DNA from: an uncultured Candidatus Micrarchaeota archaeon
GTDB lineage: Archaea; Micrarchaeota; Micrarchaeia; Anstonellales; Bilamarchaeaceae
Direction of reading: 5' to 3'
Length of the DNA stretch: 64,000 nucleotides
Assembly (NCBI GenBank): GCA_963714085.1
Contig: OY970229.1
Location: 1,344,001-1,408,000 of the forward strand
Numbering within the stretch: the first letter of the stretch is position 1; the number at the start of each line of letters is the position of its first letter. Position numbers and translations under genes: made by a program. This document shows, piece after piece, positions 33,091 to 42,323 of this stretch. Below the pieces are notes generated by a model, which saw only the letters and a program-made list of their open reading frames with translations, had not been told where the DNA came from and did no database searches.

Positions 33091-34550
33091 CTCTTCCTTC
33101 CTGCGTGGTCCATGGCGCGCCGGTGCCTGCCATGGTCCAGCCCGTCGAGCCTCGGCGCTGCGGCGTCCGCCATCCTCGCCTCGTAGCCCAGCAGCGAGTT
33201 CCCGTCATCGTCGTTGCGCTTCGGCTTCTGCCCGAGCACGGTGTTGTCGGACGCGTAGCGCATCCGTATCTCAGCGCGGCCCTCGAGCGAGTTCCCGAAC
33301 AGTATGTTCCTTTTAGCGTCCTCGGACTGGTCGCCGAAAAGCCCGAGCGAGCACGAGTGGCTCCCGGCCACGCTGTTCTGCCCGAGGATCGAATCGCTGC
33401 CCCTGTACAGGAGTATCCCAGCTTCCGCGTCACGCGCGAGCGAGAGGTGGTTGTCGAGAATCCTTCCGTTGTTGCATCCCGCGAGCGCTATGCCGATGGC
33501 GCCCGAGCCCAAGCCACGGTTGGAGATCCTGTTCGCGACCACCGCCGCCGAGTCGCAGCTGCCGAGCAGCATGCCGATCGGCTTGAACTCGGCGTCCTCG
33601 CAGAGTCCGTGCACCTCGTTGCCCGACACTATCGGGGACGGACAGCGATGCAGCGACACCGCAGAATGCCAGCCCTTGAACAGGTTGTCGCGTATGACCG
33701 CGCAGCAGCCATCCGAGCAGAACGCCGCTATGGCGTGGAACGGCTGCCTGTTGGTGAGCTCGTTCACCTCCATCCGGTTGCCCTCGATGAGCGCCCTCAC
33801 CGGCCCCTGGCAGTATATCCCGAACAGGTGGCTCTCATCGTAGAAGTTGAGCCTGCACCTGGACGACTGCGGGTTCAGCGACGAGACGGAGATCCGGTTG
33901 CACCTGGCGCGGAGCTGGGCCTTATCATCATCCGCCGTCACGTATACGCAGTGGTAGACGTCCTCGCAGGAGTTGTCCTCGAACACGAGGCTGCCGAGCC
34001 CCCCGTGCGACGCGGCCGCGAAATAGAGGAGCCGGAAGCTGATATTGCGGATCTCCACGGACGCGCCGCGCGTCACGATGAAGCCGCCGTTCAGCGCGGG
34101 GTCGGCGATGACCTTGCCGTGGTGCTGCGTGGTCCCCTCTATCACGGCGCCGCTCTCGCCCTCGAGCGCGACGTCCTTCCACACCCAGACCGCTCCGGAC
34201 GCGCGGAACACGCCCGATTTGAGCAGTATCCTGTCTCCGGGCGCGGCGATGTCCACCGCGTTCTGTATCTTGGCGTAATCGCGCGAGCCGTCGCCCGTCG
34301 GATACACCTCCAGCGTCCTGCGCCTCTGGTGGTTGGAGCGGAGCGTGGACGCGGCGTAGGCTGCCTCCAGCTGCGTGAGCGCGGACGCCGCGTTGCCCAG
34401 GGCGAGGGCTGCCTCCGAGACCTTGGAATGATACTCTGCTGCTGTGCTGTACGGGAGGGTCCTCAGCCTGTTGAGCGTGCGGGCGAATCCGGCGAGCGGG
34501 TAAGCGCGGCCGCGAGTCTTCTTTCTGCCCTTTGAGCGCAAGGCTGACAC
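33063..34550 (-). CDS. Right-handed parallel beta-helix (pectin-lyase-like) protein, no signal peptide
   Basis: IQNAVDIAAPGDRILLKSG cap, repeated I.GN/DN rungs. Confidence 0.85.
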   Translation of the reverse strand: MSALRSKGRKKTRGRAYPLAGFARTLNRLRTLPYSTAAEYHSKVSEAALALGNAASALTQLEAAYAASTLRSNHQRRRTLEVYPTGDGSRDYAKIQNAVDIAAPGDRILLKSGVFRASGAVWVWKDVALEGESGAVIEGTTQHHGKVIADPALNGGFIVTRGASVEIRNISFRLLYFAAASHGGLGSLVFEDNSCEDVYHCVYVTADDDKAQLRARCNRISVSSLNPQSSRCRLNFYDESHLFGIYCQGPVRALIEGNRMEVNELTNRQPFHAIAAFCSDGCCAVIRDNLFKGWHSAVSLHRCPSPIVSGNEVHGLCEDAEFKPIGMLLGSCDSAAVVANRISNRGLGSGAIGIALAGCNNGRILDNHLSLARDAEAGILLYRGSDSILGQNSVAGSHSCSLGLFGDQSEDAKRNILFGNSLEGRAEIRMRYASDNTVLGQKPKRNDDDGNSLLGYEARMADAAAPRLDGLDHGRHRRAMDHAGRKRWPEYVSRS

Positions 34551-34639
34551 GCTGTGAAATAGCAGGTAAATCTTATAAGCGTTGGTTCTGATGGGCGCCG
34601 TCTGCCACCTTTAAAAGATGTTTGCATTAGAGTAATTTT

Positions 34640-35320
34640 ATGCGTTCTAAAAAAAACCATGCCTGGGCGGAAGCCCAGGCCCGGTCCAAGGCCGGATTCG
34701 CCCATACGATCGAGCGCTACAAGAGCCGCATCGATGCGTCCGAGCGATACGCGGCGCGGATCGAGACCGAGCTCGCCGCGGTCATGGGGCAGGTTGAAAC
34801 TCTCCAAGACAAGAGCTACGTGCACCTGGATGCATGCAAGCGGCTCTACGGGGTGCTGACGAAAGGCACCGCGCGTCTTCTGGAAGAGGCTCCGGAACCG
34901 CAGGCGGTTCTGCGAAAGGCCGGGGCGGTTTTGAGCATCGGGCATACTGGTTTCTTACTGTCGGATTTCCTGAACCTCGGGGATAGTATGAACGCGCAGA
35001 TAGAAGCATATTCATCCGCATTGGCGATGTCCAGGGAGCTCATCGCGGAGCTCAGGTCGATCATAGAGGAGTTCGAGACCCGGGCGATGTCCCCAAAATC
35101 GCGCAGCGCAGCCATGGCGGAAGTCAGGACATTGTACGAATTCTTCGGAAAAAGCTCGGTGAACCTGAAGAAATGCGCCATGGGCTTCTGCGGCTCCGCG
35201 AACACTGTTTTCGAGGATATGCCGCAAAGGCTCGATGGCATAGGGAAAACGCTGGCGATGATAAAAGACCAGCTCCCTGCATCCGCGCACAAGGCGGCTG
35301 CCGACACGCGCTACCATTAG
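34640..35320 (+). CDS. Hypothetical coiled-coil/helical protein
   Basis: 226-aa helical ORF with TATA-like tttaaaa upstream. Confidence 0.7.
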   Translation: MRSKKNHAWAEAQARSKAGFAHTIERYKSRIDASERYAARIETELAAVMGQVETLQDKSYVHLDACKRLYGVLTKGTARLLEEAPEPQAVLRKAGAVLSIGHTGFLLSDFLNLGDSMNAQIEAYSSALAMSRELIAELRSIIEEFETRAMSPKSRSAAMAEVRTLYEFFGKSSVNLKKCAMGFCGSANTVFEDMPQRLDGIGKTLAMIKDQLPASAHKAAADTRYH

Positions 35321-35560
35321 CGCCGATCCGGGGAGCGCCCGGCGTCGGGCATGTTTATAAACCTTATCCCCCAAACCTCATGCTACAACAATCACTCTCG
35401 GCCATCCGTTGTGGCCCTTCGTGCGAACACCTCCCTGTTTTCTCAGGGAGATTCGCCCGTCGTGATATGGGGGTGCGACTCGCCTTCCGAATCGAAGAGT
35501 CGCGCGCCCGGAAGCAAGGAGACGCCCGGCATCAGGCAGGGCTATGTCAGAGGTTGTATT

Positions 35561-35860
35561 ATGCCAGAAGTCTGTACGGATAAGAAATGCTACATACACG
35601 GGGGCCTCAAGGTCAGGGGCGGCAGGCTCACGGGCAGGGTCGTGAGCACCAAGGCGAAGAACACCGCCATAATCGAGCGGGACAGCACCAGGTTCTTCCA
35701 GAAGTACCAGAGGCGCGCGAAGGAGCGGTCGCACATAACCGCGCACCTGCCCGCATGCATGAAGATATCGCTTGGCGACATGGTGGTCCTTGGCGAGACC
35801 AGGAAGATAAGCAAGACCAAGGCGTGGACCGTTCTTGAAGTGGTTAAGAAGGAGAAGTGA
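35561..35860 (+). CDS. rps17: 30S ribosomal protein S17
   Basis: CTDKKCYIHG, GRVVSTK, ETRKISKTK. Confidence 0.97.
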   Translation: MPEVCTDKKCYIHGGLKVRGGRLTGRVVSTKAKNTAIIERDSTRFFQKYQRRAKERSHITAHLPACMKISLGDMVVLGETRKISKTKAWTVLEVVKKEK

Positions 35861-35865
35861 TTCTT

Positions 35866-36264
35866 ATGAAAGGTCTAGCAGGACATGTCACGAAGCCGCT
35901 CGTCCCGGGCACAAAGCTTATGTGCCATGACAACAGCGGCGCGAAGGTGATTGAGATTTTCGGGGTAGTCGGCGCGAAGAGCGTGCGGAGCAGGTACGTC
36001 TGCGCCGGAATCGGCCAGGTGGTCATCGCGTCGGTGAAGAAAGGGAACCCCGACATGGTGAAGAAGGTGGTGAAGGCGCTCATAATCAGGCAGAAGAAGG
36101 AGTTCCGCAGGCCCAACGGCATGCGCCTCTCGTTCGAGGACAACGCCGCGGTGCTCGTGACCGACGACGGCCTGCCCGTGGGCACGGAAGTGAAGGGAGT
36201 GGTCGCGAGGGAGATCTTCGAGAGGTTCCCGAAGGTCTCGGCCATATCCGCAGGCATAGTATAA
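35866..36264 (+). CDS. rpl14: 50S ribosomal protein L14
   Basis: DNSGAK, FEDNAAV. Confidence 0.98.
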   Translation: MKGLAGHVTKPLVPGTKLMCHDNSGAKVIEIFGVVGAKSVRSRYVCAGIGQVVIASVKKGNPDMVKKVVKALIIRQKKEFRRPNGMRLSFEDNAAVLVTDDGLPVGTEVKGVVAREIFERFPKVSAISAGIV

Positions 36265-36274
36265 GGTGAAAAAG

Positions 36275-36787
36275 ATGAAATCCGACACCGAAAGGAAACA
36301 CTACTACAAAGCGAGGCTCCACGAGAAGACGAAGAGGATGCACGTGCACCTCTCCAAGGAGCTGCGCGCGAAGCTGAAGAGGAAGAGGCGCTCTCTCCTC
36401 GTGCGCGAGGGCGACAGGGTCAGGATCATGCGCGGCCCGGACCGGGGCAAGACCGTGAAGGTCGCGAGGGTGAGCCACCTGAGCATGAAGGTCTATTGCG
36501 AGGGGCTGGCGCTCAGGAACGCGAAGGGCAGGGAAGTGCCCAAGGCGCTCCAGCCGTCCAACCTCCTCCTCGTCGGGCTCGAGCAGACCAAGGAGAGGAA
36601 GGAGATATTCGCAGAGGAAGCGTTCGTGAAGAAAGAGGAGAAGAAAGTCGAGCCGAAGCCGGAAGCCAAGAGCGAGGCGAAGGCCGAAGCGAGGGCCGAG
36701 GCGAAACCCAAAACCGAGCCAGAGGCGAGGGTCGAGGCGAAACCCGCCGCGCCCACGGCTCCGGCAGCTGCCGCGGCCAAGAGGTGA
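36275..36787 (+). CDS. rpl24: 50S ribosomal protein L24 with EAK-rich tail
   Basis: HLSKELR, VREGDRVRIMRG, QPSNL. Confidence 0.96.
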   Translation: MKSDTERKHYYKARLHEKTKRMHVHLSKELRAKLKRKRRSLLVREGDRVRIMRGPDRGKTVKVARVSHLSMKVYCEGLALRNAKGREVPKALQPSNLLLVGLEQTKERKEIFAEEAFVKKEEKKVEPKPEAKSEAKAEARAEAKPKTEPEARVEAKPAAPTAPAAAAAKR

Positions 36788-36792
36788 TGTGA

Positions 36793-37509
36793 ATGGCGAA
36801 GAAAGGCGAAAAGAAGCACATGAAGAGGATCGCAAAGCCGAAGGCTATACCGATAACTGACAAGAAGGCCTCGAAGTTCATAATCAGGACCGCATGCGGG
36901 CCGCACCAGATGAAAGGCGCGGTGCCGCTCTCCGTGCTGCTCCGGGACATGCTCCATGTGGCCAAGAACGCGAAGGAGGCCAGGAACATACTCAACGGAA
37001 GGATGGTGGAGATAGACGGCACGGTCAGGACCGCGGAGGACTTCCCGGTTGGCATCATGGACGCCGTAGCATTGCCCAAGGCGGGCAAGTACTACCGCAT
37101 CGTGGTGGACTGGAAGAGCAGGCTCAAGGCCATCGAGATAACCAAGGAGGACTCCGGCAGGAAGATAATGCACGTGGTGCGCAAGCACGTGGCGCCAGGA
37201 GCGAAGATAAACCTCACGTTCCACGATGGCAGGAACATGCTGGGGGACAACAAGGTGCGCTGCGGGGACAGCGTCGTAGTGAGCCTCCCGAAGCCGAAGA
37301 TGCTCGAGCACCTCAAGCTGGAGCCGGGCGCGAGGTGCCTGGTCAGGGAGGGCAAGCACGCCGGCAGCATAGTCACGCTCAACGAACTGGTGGAGCGGAA
37401 GGCGCGCAGGCCTTCCGAGGCTAAGGTGACTGGCCCGGACAAGGACGAGTTCGTCACCGTCGCCAAGTACCTCTTCGTTGTGGACTCTAAATTCGGGGTG
37501 TCGCAATGA
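36793..37509 (+). CDS. rps4e: 30S ribosomal protein S4e
   Basis: HMKRIAKP, GPH..AVPL..LRD, FPVGIMD, HDGRN. Confidence 0.97.
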   Translation: MAKKGEKKHMKRIAKPKAIPITDKKASKFIIRTACGPHQMKGAVPLSVLLRDMLHVAKNAKEARNILNGRMVEIDGTVRTAEDFPVGIMDAVALPKAGKYYRIVVDWKSRLKAIEITKEDSGRKIMHVVRKHVAPGAKINLTFHDGRNMLGDNKVRCGDSVVVSLPKPKMLEHLKLEPGARCLVREGKHAGSIVTLNELVERKARRPSEAKVTGPDKDEFVTVAKYLFVVDSKFGVSQ

Positions 37510-38012
37510 ACAAGATGCAGGAGATACTCATAGACAAGGTCACGGTCAACATCGGCGTGGGCGCGCCTGGCGAGCGGCTGGATTTCGCCAAGGAGCTGAT
37601 AAAGAGGCTCACGGACAGGACTCCGGTCGAGACCCTGGCCAAGAGGAGGGAACCGGTGTTCAAGCTCAGGAAGGGGCTCCCCATAGGCGCGAAGGTCACG
37701 CTGCGCAAAGCCGTGGCGCGCGCGTTCCTCGAGAAGGCGCTCGCCGCAAAGAGGCGCACGCTCTCGCCGCATAATTTCGACAAGACCGGGAACTTCGCCT
37801 TCGGGGTCGCCGAATACATCGACTTCCCGGGCGCGAAGTACGACCCTGCCATGGGCATGTTCGGCTTCGACGTCGCGGTCACGCTCGCCAGAAGGGGCAG
37901 GCGCGTCGCCTACAGGAAGATAATGCCGGCCGTGATAGGGGCCAAGCACAGGATAACAAAGGAGCAGGCAATGGACTTCGCACGCTCCGTTCTCAACGTC
38001 AAGGTGGAGTGA
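37506..38012 (+). CDS. rpl5: 50S ribosomal protein L5
   Basis: [28 protein letters not shown]. Confidence 0.97.
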   Translation: MNKMQEILIDKVTVNIGVGAPGERLDFAKELIKRLTDRTPVETLAKRREPVFKLRKGLPIGAKVTLRKAVARAFLEKALAAKRRTLSPHNFDKTGNFAFGVAEYIDFPGAKYDPAMGMFGFDVAVTLARRGRRVAYRKIMPAVIGAKHRITKEQAMDFARSVLNVKVE

Positions 38013-38016
38013 TTCG

Positions 38017-38178
38017 ATGAAGCTCGAAATGGATGAGAAATACAAGGGAAAAGGAAGGCGCGTGTGCCGGAACTGCGGCAACTCCCGCGGCCTGATACGC
38101 AAGTACGGGCTGCAGGTGTGCAGGAGATGCTTCAGGGAGATGGCAGAGGCACTCGGCTTCAGGAAATACGGTAGGTGA
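38017..38178 (+). CDS. rps14: 30S ribosomal protein S14 (zinc-binding type)
   Basis: Manual translation [53 protein letters not shown]. Confidence 0.96.
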   Translation: MKLEMDEKYKGKGRRVCRNCGNSRGLIRKYGLQVCRRCFREMAEALGFRKYGR

Positions 38179-38183
38179 TATGC

Positions 38184-38567
38184 ATGGTTGATCATCTTGC
38201 TGACGCTCTGAATACGCTCAAGACCCACGAGATGGTGGGGCAGGAACGCTGCACGGTCAAGGCGACCAAGCTCGTCAAGGACGTGCTCGGCCTGCTGAAG
38301 AAGCACCGCTACCTCAAGGAGTTCACGTTCGTGGAGGACGGCAGGGGAGGCGTCTTCGACGTCGCCCTTGACGGGAGGATAAACAACTGCGGCGTGGTCA
38401 AGCCGCGCACGGCGGTGAAGAGGACGGACTGGGCCAGGTGGGAGCAGCAGTTCATCCCCGGTGTCGGGGTAGGGCTGCTCATAGTGTCCACGCCCCAGGG
38501 CATAATGACGAACAGCGATGCCGACGAGCAGAAGCTGGGGGGAAGGCTCCTGGCGTATATATACTAG
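38184..38567 (+). CDS. rps8: 30S ribosomal protein S8
   Basis: DHLADAL, GRINNCGVVKPR, IVSTPQGIM, GGRLLAY. Confidence 0.97.
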   Translation: MVDHLADALNTLKTHEMVGQERCTVKATKLVKDVLGLLKKHRYLKEFTFVEDGRGGVFDVALDGRINNCGVVKPRTAVKRTDWARWEQQFIPGVGVGLLIVSTPQGIMTNSDADEQKLGGRLLAYIY

Positions 38568-38575
38568 GTGTTCAT

Positions 38576-39064
38576 ATGATCGCGATGCCACAGGGAGTAT
38601 CGGTGCAGCTGTCCGGCAACAGGATCAGCGTGAAGGGGCCCAAGGGCACGGTGGAGAGGACGTTCAGCCCGCTGGTCGCGATAAGCGTCTCGGGCAACGA
38701 GATAAAGGTGGATGGCGACAAGATGCACGTCAACACCACCGAGAGCCTGCTCGCGGCCATGGCCAAGGGAGTGACGGAAGGGTACAAGAAGGAGCTCAAG
38801 ATCATATACGCGCACTTCCCCATCTCGCTCGAGGTCAAGGGCCAGGACGTCATAATAAAGAACTTCCAGGGCGAGAAGATGAACCGCAGGAGCAGGCTCG
38901 TAGGCGACACCAAGCTGGTCGCCAAGGGCCAGGCGGCGACATTGACCGGCTCGGACAAGGAGGCTATCGGCCAGAGCATGGCGAACCTCCGGACGGCGAT
39001 GCGGATAAAGGAGAAGGACGACCGCGTGTTCCAGGACGGGATCTACGAGATAGAGTCAGCATAG
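38576..39064 (+). CDS. rpl6: 50S ribosomal protein L6
   Basis: VKGPKG, YAHFPI, DDRVFQDGIY. Confidence 0.97.
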   Translation: MIAMPQGVSVQLSGNRISVKGPKGTVERTFSPLVAISVSGNEIKVDGDKMHVNTTESLLAAMAKGVTEGYKKELKIIYAHFPISLEVKGQDVIIKNFQGEKMNRRSRLVGDTKLVAKGQAATLTGSDKEAIGQSMANLRTAMRIKEKDDRVFQDGIYEIESA

Positions 39065-39068
39065 AGGT

Positions 39069-39713
39069 ATGGCGCATATGGACGTTATGGATATCCTGAA
39101 AAGATACGTGGATGTCATCTACCCCTCTACGTTCAGGACAGCCATAGCCAAGGAGGCCAAGAAAGACGACGCCAAGCTCGTGTTCCTGAACGCGGTGCTA
39201 ATAGCCCTGTTCGGGGTCCTGACGCTGGTGGTCTCGTTCTACCTGTATTCCAGCATGCTGGACGCCATGTTCAGCGGCACGGGCGTCGCGGTCCCCGCAG
39301 AGGTCCCGCTGCTGCAGCAGAAGATGATGGAATCCGTGGCGCCGGTGTCGCTCGTCGTCAACTTCCTGGTCACGGTGCTGAGCTTCTACGTTTTCAACGT
39401 GTTCCTGTTCTACGTGTGCAGGGCGCTCGGCGGGGAAGGGAAGCTGGGCAACCAGCTCTACGTGACGTCCATGATAGGCGTGTCCATATCCGTGATCTAC
39501 AGCCTGGCCATGATACTCGGCGTCGGGCCCCTGGCGTGCGTCGCCGTGCCGATCGCGCTGCTGGCCATGCTGTACCTGCTCTTCCTCACCTATGTCACGG
39601 TGCGGACGGTGCACGGGAAGCTGGACATGGGGAGGGCCGCGGGGGCCGTCGTGATAGACGTGCTGGTGCTCGGCGTGCTCGCGCTACTGATAACCAAATA
39701 TTTCGGCGGATGA
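39069..39713 (+). CDS. Yip1-family-like membrane protein
   Basis: VIYPSTF, ~5 TM helices, CRALGGEG, VRTVHGKLD..RAA. Confidence 0.75.
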   Translation: MAHMDVMDILKRYVDVIYPSTFRTAIAKEAKKDDAKLVFLNAVLIALFGVLTLVVSFYLYSSMLDAMFSGTGVAVPAEVPLLQQKMMESVAPVSLVVNFLVTVLSFYVFNVFLFYVCRALGGEGKLGNQLYVTSMIGVSISVIYSLAMILGVGPLACVAVPIALLAMLYLLFLTYVTVRTVHGKLDMGRAAGAVVIDVLVLGVLALLITKYFGG

Positions 39714-39726
39714 AAAGGTGTTTTGA

Positions 39727-40257
39727 ATGGTCAAAAAGAAGAACAAACCGAACTTCAACGTCCCGAACCTGGGCTTCATGACCGGCATCAAGAGCCGTTG
39801 GAGGAAGCCGAGGGGCACAGGCAACAAGAAGAGGAGGAAGTGCAGGTGGGCCGGCAAGTCGCCGCGCATCGGCTACAAGAACGCGCCGGCCGTCCGCGGG
39901 CTCCACCCGCTGGGTATGCCGGAGATCCTCATCTACACTCCAAGCCAGCTCAAGGCCGTGAAAGGCCATGTGGTGCGCATCGCGGCGCAGGTCGCGGCAA
40001 GGAAGGCCCTCGAGATCGAGAAAGCCGCCAAAAGCGCGGGACTCGTGGTCGTGAATCCGAGGAAGGTCGTTCCCAAGGAGAAGAAGGAAGCGAAGAAGGA
40101 AGCCAAGAACGTGGAGGCCAAGCCGGAGGCGAAACCCGCGGAGAAGAAGTCCGAGGCCAAGAAAGCCGAAGAGAAGGCGCTCGCCGCGGCGCAGAAGATC
40201 CCGGCGCCCATGAGCCAGGCGACCCATCCAGCTCCTATGAAAGGTGGTAGCATATGA
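39727..40257 (+). CDS. rpl32e: 50S ribosomal protein L32e with K/E/A tail
   Basis: WRKPRG..K, PRIGY, RGLHPLG, VVNP. Confidence 0.96.
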   Translation: MVKKKNKPNFNVPNLGFMTGIKSRWRKPRGTGNKKRRKCRWAGKSPRIGYKNAPAVRGLHPLGMPEILIYTPSQLKAVKGHVVRIAAQVAARKALEIEKAAKSAGLVVVNPRKVVPKEKKEAKKEAKNVEAKPEAKPAEKKSEAKKAEEKALAAAQKIPAPMSQATHPAPMKGGSI

Positions 40258-40820
40258 CGATGAACACCATAAGGCGCCTCGCCTCGGACATACTCGGCGT
40301 CGGCCAGCTCAAGGTCAGGATAAGCCCGGATGGCGTCAAGGAGGCCGAGAAGGCCATGACGCGCTCGGATGTCAGGGAGCTCATACACAAGGGCATAATC
40401 ACCAAGGCGCCCATCCGAGGCAGGCGGACGAAGGAACGCCGCAGGCGCAGGAGCACGGGAAGCAGGAAGGGAACCGCCAAGACCAGGGCCGGCGGAAAGG
40501 CCGTCTGGATGGAGAAGGTCAGGTCCCAGAGGGCGTTCCTCAAGCAGCTGCTCGCGGAGAACGCCTTCGAGCCCAAGCACAAGCGCATACTCTACATGAG
40601 GATAAAGTCCGGTCTGTTCAGGAGCAAGAGGGCTTTCCTCGCGTACCTGAAGGACAACGGGCTCACGAAGCAGGAATACGAGCCGAAGAAGAAGGAATGG
40701 GTGCCCAAGGCCAAGCCGATGAAGCAGGTGCAAAAGGCCCAGAAACCGGTCACACCGACGGCCAGGGCTGCGAAGCCCGCTGCAAGCCCGGCGATCCCAA
40801 AGGAGGCGAATAGGTCATGA
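40254..40820 (+). CDS. rpl19e: 50S ribosomal protein L19e
   Basis: RRLASDILGVG, GSRKGT..AR-like motif, WMEKVRSQR. Confidence 0.96.
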   Translation: MTMNTIRRLASDILGVGQLKVRISPDGVKEAEKAMTRSDVRELIHKGIITKAPIRGRRTKERRRRRSTGSRKGTAKTRAGGKAVWMEKVRSQRAFLKQLLAENAFEPKHKRILYMRIKSGLFRSKRAFLAYLKDNGLTKQEYEPKKKEWVPKAKPMKQVQKAQKPVTPTARAAKPAASPAIPKEANRS

Positions 40821-41311
40821 CCACAGCTAAAAGCCCCATCTACAGGGTGGGTTTCAGGAGGAGGCGCGAGGGCAGGACTAACTACAGGAAGAGGCTCGCG
40901 CTTGTGAAATCCGGCAAGGTCCGGATGGTGGTGCGGCGCAGCAACAAGTACGTCACGGTGCAGTTCATCAGCTTCGACCCAGCCGGGGACAGGACGCTGC
41001 TCACGGTGGACGGGCCGAAATTGTCCAAGCTGTTCAAGTGGCCCGCGAAGAGGAACGCATGGAGCGCCTACCTCACGGGGCTGTACGCCGGCAAGGAGGC
41101 CGCGAAGAAGGGAGTGAAGGAGTTCGTGCTCGACACCGGCGCCTACACGGCGTCCAAGGGCAACATCGTGTTCGCGGCGCTCAAAGGCGCGATAGACGCG
41201 GGGCTGAGCACCAGCTTCCAGGAGGAGATGGTGCCGACGCAGAAGCTGCAGAACCCGCCGGATGCGATGAAGGAGGCGTTCGGGAACGCGAAGCGCATGA
41301 TACTGGGATGA
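40817..41311 (+). CDS. rpl18: 50S ribosomal protein L18
   Basis: RRRREGRTNYRKRL, AYLTG, FAALKGAIDAGL. Confidence 0.97.
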   Translation: MTTAKSPIYRVGFRRRREGRTNYRKRLALVKSGKVRMVVRRSNKYVTVQFISFDPAGDRTLLTVDGPKLSKLFKWPAKRNAWSAYLTGLYAGKEAAKKGVKEFVLDTGAYTASKGNIVFAALKGAIDAGLSTSFQEEMVPTQKLQNPPDAMKEAFGNAKRMILG

Positions 41312-41315
41312 TGCT

Positions 41316-41954
41316 ATGGCTGAGAAACTCAAGAAATCCGACATCGGCGCCTGGGAGCCCAGGAGCGTGGTCGGCAAGATGGTGAAGTCCGGCGAGATAA
41401 CCACGCTGGAGCAGATCATGGAGATGGGCCGCCCCATACTCGAGCCCGAGATAGTCGACACGCTTCTGTCCGAGCTGGACGCGGAGACGCTCCAGATAAA
41501 GACCACGCAGAGGGTTACGGACTCGGGCAAGAGGACGAAGTTCCGCGTCGTCATGGTGGTCGGCGACAGGAAGGGGCACGTGGGCGTCGGCGTGGGCAAG
41601 TCCGAGGAGGTAAAGCCCGCGATGGAATACGCCGTCCGCGAGGCCAAGAAGAACATGATCGCGATCTCCATGGGCTGCGGCTCGTGGGAGTGCAGGTGCG
41701 CCAACAGGCATTCCGTGCCCAGCAAGATCGCGGGCAAGGAGGGCAGCACGATAATAACGCTGAGGCCGGCTCCGAGGGGGCTGGGCCTGGCCGGCAACGC
41801 GGTGGTGCGCAAGGTGCTCACCATGGCGGGAGTGCAGGACGTGTGGAGCGCCATGAGCGGCGGACGCAACGTCTACAACATGGCCATGGCGACGATGCAC
41901 GCGCTGGACAACCTGAACACGCTGAAGCCGATGCCGGGGAGTGAGTCAGTATGA
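41316..41954 (+). CDS. rps5: 30S ribosomal protein S5
   Basis: QRVTDSG, GCGSWEC, PAPRGLGL. Confidence 0.98.
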   Translation: MAEKLKKSDIGAWEPRSVVGKMVKSGEITTLEQIMEMGRPILEPEIVDTLLSELDAETLQIKTTQRVTDSGKRTKFRVVMVVGDRKGHVGVGVGKSEEVKPAMEYAVREAKKNMIAISMGCGSWECRCANRHSVPSKIAGKEGSTIITLRPAPRGLGLAGNAVVRKVLTMAGVQDVWSAMSGGRNVYNMAMATMHALDNLNTLKPMPGSESV

Positions 41955-42310
41955 CCGACAGGATGGCGATAATACGGATAAGGGGCAGGCACAACCTGAA
42001 GCCCGATACGAAACGGACGCTCGAGCTGCTGAGGCTGGAGAGGCCGAACCACTGCGTGGTCATGGAGCCCTCGCCACAGACGATGGGCATGCTCAACGTC
42101 ATAAAGGACTACGTGACCTTCGGCAAGATAAGCGAGGCCACGCTCGCGGCGCTGCTCGCAAAGCGCGGGGCAGGGGCCAAGGAGCCCAAAGGGGTCGTAT
42201 TCCGGCTGAGCCCGCCGAGGAAAGGCATAAAGGACATAAAGCAGCCGTGGCCCTCGGGCGCGCTGGGCGCCAGGGACGACATGGACATATTCATAAAGAA
42301 GATGATGTAA
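41951..42310 (+). CDS. rpl30: 50S ribosomal protein L30
   Basis: AIIRIRG, GML..IKDYVTFG, FRLSPPRKG. Confidence 0.95.
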   Translation: MTDRMAIIRIRGRHNLKPDTKRTLELLRLERPNHCVVMEPSPQTMGMLNVIKDYVTFGKISEATLAALLAKRGAGAKEPKGVVFRLSPPRKGIKDIKQPWPSGALGARDDMDIFIKKMM

Positions 42311-42323
42311 CGTCGTGGTTCAT

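Noticed and set aside
32088..35345. Provirus or IS element
   Set aside because: No integrase, transposase, capsid or replication gene; the direct repeat bounds only the first ~370 bp
35351..35560. SRP RNA, RNase P RNA or an N-terminal extension of S17
   Set aside because: No SRP helix-8 (CAGG..GNRA..AGCA) or RNase P GAGGAAAGTCC signature; S17 homology and an SD start at ATG 35561. Kept only as a leader candidate
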